A DNA stretch of 64,000 nucleotides. Source: Lingula anatina (Eukaryota > Animalia > Brachiopoda). Below, piece after piece: positions 27,001 to 39,400 of the stretch. The translations under genes and the position numbers were made by a program. The notes beneath the pieces are model-generated. The model was not told the DNA's origin. It was given only the letters and a program-made list of their open reading frames with translations, and ran no database searches. Where the stretch lies: the NCBI GenBank assembly GCA_051362555.1, contig CM120642.1, positions 12,586,001 to 12,650,000 of the forward strand, given 5' to 3'. Within the stretch, counting starts at the first letter, position 1. Every line of letters begins with the position of its first letter.

Positions 27001-30000
27001 TCGTATCATAAATTTCGATAAGAGCGGTAACACACATACCTGAGTGCACACGTCAATGATCATATCTAAATATGCAGAAAATTGATTCAATCTTTAATTG
27101 GATTCGTCGAACGACCGACTTCTCGAGTTTTTTTAAAGAAATATTCGTATCGCACGGTGGTTTACTAGTTTAGAATATACCTAACCACATTTAATTTTTT
27201 TGACTTTTGAATTTTTAAACGAATTTGACATATTTGAATTGGTTACTGTGTACCCTTAAATTTTAATCTTCGCACACGTTTACAAATCAATGCAATTTCT
27301 TTTTATGAACCGTTCAGTCCCTAGTTTTCATCTTAACAATACAGCTGCCAAAATTTACACTGTTTTTATTTACAATTAAATGTATTATATTCAGTTTAAG
27401 AAGTGGACGGGTCCTTAAATTTAGGCCGACAATATAAGAGCAAAACAACCTTTAGGAACGCAGTGCGCCCCTACCATACCATTTATTCATTTTGCTCTTT
27501 CTACAAAGTGCAGGTGCTTTGATTGCAAACGTATTATGCTATCGTCTGCTCGATAAATAATAGATGGAGATGACGATTATATGAATGGTTACATTGTGAT
27601 CAAATCGTATCAAAACAGGCGCAATGAGGTGAAGATGTGTTACATAAAGCTTGACGTCACTACAAAGAGGTCAACAGTGATTTGCGATTTCCCTTTTCAC
27701 TATTTTACCAAATGAAGTTATTAATTCAAATCAAAATCCTGGCGCGATAAATCTAGATTCGAACCTTTTTGCGTTGCTCATTTATGGTTTAAAATACCAT
27801 AAGGCAATCATGCTTACTAAAACCATACAATCGATACAATAATGTTCATATATGCAATAGCAAATGGTAAATGTATCCCATGCACTTCGTTCATTTACAA
27901 ACTGTAAATTGCACTGCCAGTGTATTATTACACATGTCAAAAGAATTAATGTCCCTGTAATGCTATAGTATAACAGTGTAAAGCAGTCTACAAAATTTCT
28001 TTGCATTTCGTTGCTCCTAATATCACCTGATCAGGAACAAAAGCATCTGAAATTTTGCTGTCTTCAAGACCCGTCTAGGTCATATATTTGTTATATCGAC
28101 TTTTAAAACAGTTAAGGATCTCTGTATTTGTCATTTGCCGTTTGCTGCAATTGCCTTCGTGGCCAAAGAGGCCAAAAGAAAAATTCGTTTTTATTTCACT
28201 TAACCACAATCGATATTTCTCTTTTAGATGCCAGAATCTATTTGGAAATAGTCATTGTAAATGATGATGTGCTTGCGGTATCACTGTCTATCGTTCACTT
28301 GTCTTGTATTTTTTCTTGCCTGCCTTACAGCGCTTCGTTGGAAGAAAAAAACGTATTCAAACATTTTAACAAAGAATTCCCAAAACCCTTTCCGTCTGCG
28401 TTTCTATCCAAATATGACGCCAAAATGACACTGCCACTGCCGCTTTGTCCTTCTTATCAGACATTAAACTTTAGGAAATTTTAAAAATTAGATATCAATT
28501 ATGTTATTCCTTTGCAAACGACGCAGCATAAAGATCAGGTATAGACATTTCCCTTGGCAAATAAATAATTCAATAAAACCATGGCAATGCATGGCCATTC
28601 TATATATTTGCATTACATATCACTTTGCATTTTGTCTACCAACAGATTTTATGATTATCTAAGTAGTGAGCTGATATGCAAGTCTCTGCAAAGGTTACTT
28701 CGTGAGTTATGGTCTATTAGCTTGTGTTCATTATACATGAAGTACTCGATTGTTGTTCTTGTAACGTAATTCATTCTAAGGGTTGCAGTGGTCTTTCAGT
28801 GTGGAATCATGCGTATGTTGTTAACCGGGTAGACCCCTCCTTGGGGGTATGAAACCTAAGAGTACGGTTTCAATTTACATCTTGATGAAGTTATTTTCAT
28901 CAGAATTCTCCAGGACGAATTGTACAAACAGAATGTGTCATTTGGCGACGCATACACTGGTTATGTATTGTAGTATAAAAAAGATAAACAATATGTTTCC
29001 CCGAGTGAAAAGAAAGAAGTTTTGGATCACTACTTCTTCCTCCTCACGATTCATGCGTGAATAACACAAATCGACATTAAAGTATGAAATAAAAATTAAA
29101 ATAGTGTTGTTCATTTTCTCCCATTCCATTATACAATTGACCATACGGGAAGCTGCTTTGAGGCTTTTTAAACAGACGTACGCAAGCTCACGCCATAAGT
29201 CATTAAAACAGTGTTTTGACGTTGCAGTGAATAATTTTGTGCAATAACTTTAAACCAAGTCCATTAAACCTACGAATTAAGTCCAGGCATTTGCTATCGT
29301 ATCATGGTACTATTCATTCCCTACTTTTGCACATTGTGGCGGCATTCCTTCATTTGTTATACAATCGCCGAACATAATACACTGCTTAAAACTCAAAACA
29401 ATAATCACCATTTTATAAATAGGCGCATGCGCGTAAGGTGGACCACAACGCAGTTCCCAAGTTGGGCTTATGCTTCATAATTTGAGAAGATAAGAATCTT
29501 GAAAGGCTTTGTTCGTTGCCTCGGGTAATGAACAGGCAAACATCGAGGAGGGGACCCCCTTGGCCATTAACAGTCAAGAGTTAGGCAGCAAACTGGTACT
29601 GCAAATTTCCTCCATGTTTCTGCTGTATCTTTATACGCAATGAACAGCAAAACACAAACTTCAGAAACCCTCAAAAGCAATGGACGACCCTTAGGAAGCC
29701 TTTTCAATCTTCCTATTACACATCTTGTCAACAAAAATTGATTAATTTAAACATCCACTCTTTACAACCAGATACAGGAAAGGAATCTACTTAAAACTAT
29801 ACTGTAAACGAAACTAGATGACAAAGAAACATGTGCATGTGCGTAGTGCGTGATTCATTGGCTGTCACTTCCTTGGCTGCATGGCTGTCGGTATAGCAGT
29901 TCACTTTCTTAGTCATTATAAATCAACGAAAGGACAGGTTTCACTTTAAATATGTAGCAATTCTTGCTACATAAAAATACTCTCATAATATCTAAAAATC

Positions 30001-31720
30001 ACCAATCCTTTTTACTAGAAACTAATCCTTTCACATCTGATCAAAAATCTCAAAATCGAATCCTTCCGAATATCTCGTAAAATGTATAAATCGTTCTCGG
30101 TTTTTATTAAATATTGTATTGACCATGGTCCCCAAATATTTTTTTTGTAGTGGTAATATCTAGCAACATGCGAAAACCTTTGGACATTCAGCTTGATGAT
30201 GCTCTTCTGATAAGTGTGAAACACAGCTGTTTAATAAAATTTTGTCCCAAAATGTGTGATTCCCATCACCAAAGCGTCACTAAATCATTATTATTATTAT
30301 TATTATCATTTATGATGTTTATACATGTACAGTAGCTAAAGGAAAGCATTGTAGAGAAAATTAAAATACCTAGAATAGGCGTTTTGCATTAAATTCTTGA
30401 AGGCATGCTTTGTTATGTGTGCTTTTGTCTAAAGGTATGTTCTCTTAACGATGTATGTTCCTACAAATTTATAAAAAGAACAGTTGTCAGGTGATTACTG
30501 ATATATAGTAACATTATGCCTCACTTTGATTATCGGTTATCCCGAGTTTTGTTACCATTAAGGTACTCAGAGAAGAGGCGGCTTAGAATACCCTTCCGTG
30601 ACTCTTGGAAATGTTTGCATTCCGATAAGCAACTCGTGGGGCGAAAGGAAACGATCAAGTGCTACAGTTCTTTGTTGCACAAACCATGGCTTTGAAAAGC
30701 CACGGTAATTTGTTTGTTGTAATTAATGTTTAATGGACGTGCTTATGGCCAGCGCGTATTGTATACTCTCCGTCCTATATTATATTTCTTGAAAAGTAAG
30801 GCGGTTATTGGCCGTACGGCTGAATCGATCCCGAATCTTTGTGCAATACCGTAGCAAATCAAAATAAGAACTGCTGAATGGCGACGTGATGGACTCAATA
30901 TATTTAGTGCCGGTGCGATTATAGCAAATATGGTGTTGAGCCACGGTCGAACTTATACTGAATGTCCGTATTGGCTGATCGCAACCTTACAGCCGCCCAT
31001 CGTTACGTTCCCGATCCTTGGGGCGTAATCTATATGGTATAAAGTCGCTCTGTCGCTCTCATTCTATCATTTCCATTGATTCTACTTCGTAAGCACGACC
31101 CAATTCTGTCCATGACGGCCTGAGGTACATTTGTATGGTGTTTTTCTAATCAATTTAACTCGAGAAAAGGGCTTTTGAGAAGTAATTATATAAATATCAA
31201 CATGATTATAAAGCTTATCAAGCTTAGAAAAACAGTATGCAGCCTTCATGGTCAACTGTTCTGATTTCAGGTATAATCAAATGATTTCCACGTACTTGGT
31301 GGACTTGTGTAAAGATGTTCATTGCATTTAATATTTCATTTATATTTACAGTTGGACATCACGTTTTGCTAATTTTTTTTTCATTCCATTCGTAGTAAAA
31401 TATTGTATTAAAATGATTTTTTTCATTCTAAACTGGACATTGCATTTACTTAATGCAGCAAATAACAGACAATGCTAATCCCAAACTGAAACTTGGTGTT
31501 ATAAAACCTTTTGTGTGTAATTTAAGAGCAAGACCACGAGCAAATATTTGAACCCCGTCAGTGCTCCAGCAGGGTCTATTGTATCTCTGCATTTGGTTAT
31601 TATTTATCGTTGACAGGTATTGTTTGGGGACGGGGCTCCTGTTACATTTAGGGGTCACATTCTCTCGTGATCGAATTGATACAATTGATAACACACACAT
31701 GCACGCGCGCACACACACAC

Positions 31721-31758
<38 letters not shown>

Positions 31759-32318
31759 TCTTACCTCCAAACGAAGGTCTAAGGCGGATGTCGTATCCAT
31801 CCAATAATTTCTTGATAGTCATAGATACGTTTTGTAATCTGGCTGAGTTTTCCACCTGAGCGCTAGAAAAAGACATAGAAATATTGGTACAGTGTGTACA
31901 GCAATACAGCGAGCGCAGCAAATGATGGGCAGGTGGAGTACAAAAACACATATAGCTGTGCCTCATTTTTTATAATATACCATATTCAGATGATTTGAAA
32001 AGCATGCATTCAGAAATAAGTATACGACGTATTCAGTTTGTATCATCAAGATTTCCATAATTCTGTCTTGATTTTTTCTTAAAATGATAAAGTTTGGATG
32101 TCTTTAATTTTCACAGACACGTGCGGGCTATGTACATCGCATATCTATAAACGTTCACTTTCTTCTATCTAAAGCATCTGTTACGCCTATGAGTAAAAGA
32201 ACAGTTCAATCAATGCGATGCCAATCCTATTGAGCTGCTTTATCAATTAATGTGTCACTTACCATGTTAGATGTATCATAAAAAGACAGATACTGTACAG
32301 AAACGTGTTCCTTAACAT
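16062..32318 (-). CDS. Lcch3: GABA-A receptor beta-like subunit (LCCH3 orthologue), ~483 aa
   Basis: Nine exons: 32263-32318 (signal peptide [19 protein letters not shown]), 31765-31862 ([15 protein letters not shown]), 25982-26049 ([22 protein letters not shown]), 19755-19975 ([35 protein letters not shown]), 19452-19534 (Cys-loop [15 protein letters not shown]), 17772-17909, 17312-17464 (M1, [13 protein letters not shown]), 16826-17079 (M2/M3 [31 protein letters not shown]), 16062-16442 (RMSPILSLR; [17 protein letters not shown]4). These motifs closely match LCCH3 as I recall it. Confidence 0.93.
18041..18085. repeat. (ATT)n microsatellite
   Basis: Directly visible in an LCCH3 intron. Confidence 0.95.
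31692..31756. repeat. (CA)n/(TG)n microsatellite
   Basis: Directly visible, ~10 nt downstream of the LCCH3 exon-2 donor on the minus strand. Confidence 0.95.
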
Positions 32319-32353
32319 GTCATAATCTCGTAATGGTAGACATTTATCGCACC

Positions 32354-35300
32354 CTGTAGAAATCCGTGCGTGCTGGCGCTGTGTGGTCAAGATGTATGCT
32401 GTGGTGCCCCAAGTATTTACTCACTGGTTCGCCTAGTTAGCGATCGATGGAACGTTTGCGCATGTCTACGTAGGGGGCGCCACATGTTGCGAAGTTGGGT
32501 TAATCAACGCCGGGGTTTTCACATTTGCGTGAGAAATCCTGAACTGAAGTAGATACGAAACCATAAAGTTTAAACTATTGTCACTTCGTCCAAATAGTTA
32601 TATGTATTGGATTTTGAAAGGCAAATCCTCGCATGTTCTGTATTAAAGCTGCATCTCATGCGCAAGGTACCTTTCTCTCTCAAAAAGAAAATAAAATAAA
32701 AGGTAAAACTCAACCAATGCTTTTTCAACCCCAGAAGTATGTGCCATGGGTTAAAAGAGATAGGCAAAGAATGTTTGATGGGCCACGAGGTGTATATCTA
32801 TTGAGTGCGTATGTTTCTGTACATGCTCACTTGCTGACCCCCAGCTCTGTCACGCAATGTACAGGTAAACATCTCAACAATACAAGGTGCACAAATTTCG
32901 TTATGTAATAAGGTTGTTGTTTGTGGTTAGACAATGTTACATTTTTTATCATTTTATTATGCAATATCAAGGCATAAGCTGCGGGGATAATTAATCATTT
33001 ATGCAGGGTTAATTAATGATTTAACTAATTAGATGCCCAGGATTGATAGTCCCGAGGATAACGGGTACTCAAGTATAATTTGCCAATCTTACAGCATAAG
33101 AAATAAGCGCAATTGTATCACATATTTATTTACCTTATCAGCATATGCTAATTGCCAAAATACTTTCTGGAGTCGTGAAACCGCTAAAAATATTTTTATT
33201 ATTTTTTGCTTTATCAAAAAAAAAAAAGCTTGTTTAATTTTTTCTCGTTGAAAGTATCTCAGGGTAACATCATGTCTTAGACACGCGTTGAAGTTAACAT
33301 AATATGTTCTTACGTAATAATACAAGCTGGCTTTAGGTATCTATGCCTGAAACAGGGTTTCGTAACTGGTGGGTTCTATGCACGCTGTAGAAGATCCGTG
33401 TGTCCTGATCACCGTGGCACTAGAACAGCGGTTACTGGGGCTTGCATTACTTTCTTGTGGGTGCGTTCAAAAAGAATCCATCGCACTAACTAGTGCACAC
33501 TAGCTCTATGGGGACTCTCGCTAAATGCAATCAGGTTAATATATGAACACGCCTCCTCCTATTTCCAACGGGCTCGTCACCAGCTTTTCTGTATTCTATT
33601 CAACGCCAGGAGGAGGCGTGTTAGGCTGTTAACCTGATTCGTTCAGCGAGATTCCCCTTGGAGGTAGTGCGCCCTATAGCTGGCACGATACACTCATTGT
33701 GAAAACTACCATATGTCTTTACATCTATATCTATGTGCGCCAGTCGGGTGAACGCACCACAGTCTTGAATACCCAGGGGCAACGTGTCTTTTTTGTTGAG
33801 AGAGGGGGCGTGTGTGCACATGTGGGGGGAAGAGGCTGGGACGTGCACACTCTTAGTGCGCGTGCTTTGTGTGCATGCATCAGGGTTGTGCCTGGATGCT
33901 TTGTGTGCACGTTAATACAATATGATGCCCGTGCATACACTTTTGTACTGTGCTGTCACTATTTGTTTATTCTAGGTTTCTTATTAAAACATGAGACGCC
34001 GAAATCAATTGTTGATTTCGAAAATGACCTTGAGCTAATATCTTTCCTCGTAACCTTTGCGATCGATTAAAAAATCAAACTGTTTCAAACTTGAGTCGTC
34101 AGTTTTTCAGAAGGACATTTTCTATTTGTTGTTAGTGTTTGCCTATTAAATAATGCACCGATGCCTTTCAAATGAAAAAAAAGGTTCGAAATCGATTTAT
34201 CTAATTTACAATATTTGTTGAAGCATGCGTAAGGTTTGCATAGGTCAGAATCTTTGGAACGCCTTGCAGCCACTTAACGGCGTGAAGAGTAAGTGTAATA
34301 TGTATAGTTGGCAATGTGTTATCACCAGAATGCCAATCACGTGTTTTGTAGAGCATCGGTTGTATCAAACACAGATATGGTACTTTTCGAGGTGTGAGTG
34401 ACGATGAGAATATCAGGAACATGTAAGTAAAACATATGCACTGGTTTTACTTTATCTGTTTTTGCTAGTAGGAGTACTTGAATTATAAAAATACTCATTA
34501 CATATTTGTTTTTTTATATATAAAATTAGCAAAAGTTGTTCCATGTCAGCGACATATCTGCAAATCGAATTAAACGGTGCAAAGGAAAGAAAAAGGATAA
34601 AAAAACAATATCAATTCAGTTATTAAAATCAATTAAGAAGATTACTTTTGTCGTAAAATTTTCCATCCATAGCTGAAATCTTCTATAAGATTTGAATGAG
34701 CTGCTTATAAATCCGAGAAAGATTAGCAAGGGCTCAAATAAAGCCAGATCAAATTAAAACTGGAGTCCAGTTAATTTTGGTTCCGCTTTCTCTATTGTTC
34801 TCGACTTATTAGATTGTCTAAATCAGTTGCTTTGCTGAGATTAATACACTTTCGCATTAAATATTTATTCCCGTCACACGCAGTGACCATGAAATACACG
34901 CAAAGGGCGATAAACAAGTTTCCAAATTTATACTTTCCTCTATCAAGGTTTGGAATAATTGGTTACGCAATCATTTCATTGGTTTGTTTTGGCAATTAAC
35001 GCAGCCACTCAGTTTATTTTCTTTCAGTGATAGACCCTCTTTTCTTTATGTCATTCTAACAAATCGTATTTGCCCGAGACTGCTACTCACGGCTGTAGCT
35101 AACGAGACAATTGAAAGGGTTTGTATTCGCTCCTTTGTTGAACATTGATGGTTTGTGCCATTTGGAAAGTCATGTCTGTGTATAAAGACGGTGCGGCTAT
35201 TTAATTCAATTGAAAACTCAGAATATCTGCTGTTCTGTCGATTAAAGATTTTCAATAGCATATTTAGATTTTTCTAAGAGACGTCTAATTTCTTAATAGA

Positions 35301-36373
35301 TGTGTATTTACACATTTAATACGTGACCATAGAGGAATGACTTGGGGGTATGCCGTATGTTATTTTGTGTATGTCGCCTTCGCGGAAGAGTGAGAACTTT
35401 GTAACTTCGTCACTCTAGTCATTTCGGCCGACAACAACTCGGTGACAGATTGGAATCAGCGAAGAACAGATTATTATAATTTTTCAAAGCATTAAAGATC
35501 AATTAACTTGAAATTGCAGCCAGTCTCCAAGTGCCATAACAAGTGAAGAAGACAAGTTGAAATGTCCAGGTAAGACAGAGAGCTGATTCCAAATAAAATT
35601 AATGTCATAGTCTGGGTGAAATGAGTTTGTGAAAATGTATATTCATATTCTGGGCAGCATTTCAAAGCAACCCCCATCCATTGATGGACATATATTAAGG
35701 TTAATCATATTTCAATGCACGTGTGGCATGATGAATTTTTAGATTTGGTTTACATAAGGCACGAGTGTGTGGAGTCTCTATTTCCAAGTATTTTATAAAC
35801 GGCGATATTTTGATCGAAAACAGTATAGATTAATCCCAGTGCAACTTATGTAATCTTTTCGATTTTCTCTCAGTCCTGGTCATTTTGCGCCGTGTTGTGG
35901 CTAATATTCCTGCTAATAGTACGTATATCACGGCATGATAGAAATAACATTGATATTTTAACTGCACCGTGAAAAAATCCCCCACTTGAAACCTACTTAA
36001 AAGGTTCCGAATCAGTGCATTACTTAACCACCGTGGTTTGAACAAAATGGGTGGTTGAACGCAATCTTATAATTCGTGTTTTCTATTCACTGCCGGATTA
36101 ATTATCGAGTTTTATGTAGACGTTATAATGGAGGGGCAGCAATCAATAGGCAAAGCTCCGGTTTTGTTTGACCACAATAATCTGACCGCTCTCCCTCTCC
36201 ACTGGCACACGAGTATATCTGTGTAAACATTATGATCACCAGGGCGGGGTAAAAAGAGAGAGGGAGAGAGAGGATAGTACAGTTACAGTACTTTGAATAT
36301 ATACTAGTACCATGCTGGTCGATAGACAGATATTACAAGTTACATCAGACTGAAGATTTTGTTTGATTCTTAG
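32354..36373. promoter_or_regulatory. Divergent (head-to-head) intergenic/5' regulatory region between LCCH3 and the PAR-type alpha-like gene
   Basis: Both start-codon exons have upstream splice acceptors (32354-32356 on -, 36371-36373 on +), so earlier exons and promoters probably lie in this ~4-kb interval. It contains a TAATTA-rich block (~32985-33032) and a GC-richer TGCAC-rich block (~33490-33940). Actual TSSs cannot be seen. Confidence 0.5.
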
Positions 36374-36443
36374 GTTTCTGAACGCCCGTTCTGCGCCTGT
36401 GTGGAAACGCCGCCGTCATCCAGGGTACCCAAAGGGACAAGAC

Positions 36444-39400
36444 ATGGGTCCGGGGCTGCAATACGACTGTCGCAAGTTGTTCCTCGCCATTTTTGTCATA
36501 TTCATGAGGTAAAGCTTAATTTCCTCTCCACATTAATACTAGATCGTATATTTGTAGGGGATGTTTTCTATATTTCGTAATGTCATAACCTAGTTCATCG
36601 CTGCTGGTAGACTAACTTCATCAGCCATTGTATGGTTGTTATTGGACGCTAACTCGTCATATAATAAGTGTATTGTTTTACTCTTTGAGAGCAGAATCTC
36701 CTCAAGGCGTATCCCGGATCACTAGAAAGGTACACAAACTCTCTTTGGACCACGCCATATTGAGGGAAACTGCTTTTTGTATCGATAATCGTGTTACTAA
36801 AAGGTGCAATACTGCCTTTCAGCAACTACAATATACCGAACTTATTTAGCCTCGGGGGGAGTCAGTAGTAGAGCAAGGATTTTAACGCCATCATCGAAAA
36901 ATTCTTTGATTTCGAAAAACAGCCACTGATTTTTTCACGAGGTTTGGAGTACCATAAAAAGTACCAGACTCTCTGAGGGACCTATGCGACCTTTCCCAGC
37001 TGGCTGTAATTATAACAAAGTTGTGTATTCTTAATTCAGGGCCACGCCATTGTGATGGATATTGTGTCTTTAAACAATAATATATCGTGCGTTTTCGAAC
37101 TAACGGTGGTGTAGGCAAAGCCCGTGACCACGGCGCACGGACAAATAATTACCACACTCGGTGGTCATATTATTTACATTGTATTAGCTGAGTGCCATTT
37201 TAATAGCCAAAATTGCACTTCTTCGCAATTACTCATCAGGTATATGGGTGATAGTACGTTGTGTGAAGACGGCCGTTTTAATTGATCACACGAACACCAT
37301 ATCATCCTGGCCTTTATAAGTATAGAGATGTAGGTTGAATACGCCAATAATAACAGCTGTCCTATGTATCCTGGTACATTGCTGGCCCCAGGCTACACAC
37401 GCTGCTGACGGGTCAGCTTAGATATAGCTTGGGGACTTAGTGTCGTTCTGGACAAATGAAAAGAATACCAATTAACGTCAGAACTTTTTAAAGAGCAGGC
37501 AAAAAAATCTATGAAAGGAACAAGGTCAATAAGATAAGAATACCCATCGATGCTGAGTGAAACAAATACATTAGTGAATACTTTGCTTTTATTCAAGGTA
37601 AAGTAAAACTGTAAATGACGAAGAGAAACAATGAAATTCCATGGACCTTTGAAAAGTTAACAAACACAAAGGCTGTATGAAACGTACTCTCTTTACTAAA
37701 TCGATGGATTGTTTTAGTTTTGGTTTGCTTGCTCTGTCTTTTTTCCATTTTTACCTCGTGGTAGGTGGATTTTTTCACTTTGACAAGTCACAAACCATCC
37801 AAATTACATTGTTACAGTCATGAACATTTCCTAACGTTAATGGCAGTCCTATTATCTGCAAGTGGAGCAAAATTAAGGATTTATGACATATAAAGGATTT
37901 ATGAATAATGTTATTTTTTATCATTATGTGGCCTGGGCAATCTCTACATGTTCAACCAAGTGACGCTCCCCCTCCCCCCCCCCCTCATTGAGTTTGACTG
38001 TTGAACCACGCTTTACGAAAATACATTACTGCTGCAGAGAACAGCTTTGAATTGATTTACAAAATGAAAAAGATATGTTTTATTTGATGCTCCTAACCGA
38101 TTGGACTTCTTCTCACCACGACGGGGACTATGTTAGGATCGAATATTTAGTCATAAAATTACACATTTAGACACTTCCCTAAACACGTGTACTACCTAAG
38201 AATACGTAACTTTCAATAATGTACGAGTTCCATTGTCTTTCTACAGCTGTACCTGCAGTATAGAAAAATACTTTACTCAGTTAGTTTACAGTCTACATAA
38301 TTCATGTGATGAAAATATTCTATCTGGCACCATTATTTGCTTTAATCATTATTCCTGTAACTATCATATCCCATTCTGTTTCCATACTATTTCAGCATCG
38401 AAGCATTTAGATGTGAGAGTTCCAGTATCCAGTCCCTGAACACAACTCGTAACATCACCACCCTGCTGGACTATTTATTACATGAGGACAGATATGACCG
38501 TCAACTCAGACCGGGATTTGGGGGTACGTGACCACATAATAAACACGCCGAGTGCCAGAAGTCTTTCCTTTACTATCTATATAATGTATATTTATCACTG
38601 TAATTATTTGCGTTTTGGTTATTATAACTATTTGTTTGTTCCACTTCCATTCTTTGTTTTAGTAACAATCCATAGGCACCGCGGCGTGCTGCTGCCAAGG
38701 AATAAACTGAAAATATATCATTGAACCAAGAAAAACGTTAAGCTTTTCAGCTTCTTGTCTACCAAAATTCCTCCCATTGTTCGAATGAGATTAATGCCCT
38801 TATTGATTATACTCATTTGATTAGGACTTGACGAGCGGTGACCATAATCAGTTTTGTTCAATGGGTCGAGTCGATAAATACACACAGAATAAGTTTTTTA
38901 ATTTTTTAACAAGAACCTCGACTCATGGTTGAGACTTTTCTGTCTTTTACGCTATCCAAACATCTTTCAATCATCTAGATGATGAGAAAATGTCTTTAAT
39001 TTTTTAAAGACATCATACTTTTTTAGATATCCAGAAACTTGCAAATGCAATCTTTCCAAATCACATAATTAACTTTACACTGTTCAGGCACATGGACGGC
39101 AATCTACTTTTTTCTCTGGATCGAAAGTAATGTAATTTTGTTTAAATAATTCAGAATGTCACATCAGTCAGTGGATGTATTGAAAACGCCTAATGCCTTT
39201 CAAATTCAGTCGTTTCTTTGTTTATAAACGTGATTTGAATAGAAGAAATGTATTCTTCGAATTTTTCATCAATTAATGGTCAGTCTCTTGGTGATTCGTA
39301 TTCAAATCAAAAGTACAACTGGTCAACCGGACTTCTTATTGCCATTTAATACGAATTCTCCAGAGTCGTGCTTAACAGGGCACGTTTATAATTCCTTTGG

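Noticed and set aside
19976-31764. RDL-style mutually exclusive duplicate exons in the long LCCH3 introns
   Set aside because: I found no second copy of the 68-nt or 138-nt exons by eye, though a diverged copy could have been missed.
31863-31966. ORF-track N-terminus [12 protein letters not shown]... as the LCCH3 start
   Set aside because: It is not a signal peptide. A good acceptor (ttttctag at 31863-31870) and a phase-compatible signal-peptide exon at 32263-32318 explain the gene better.
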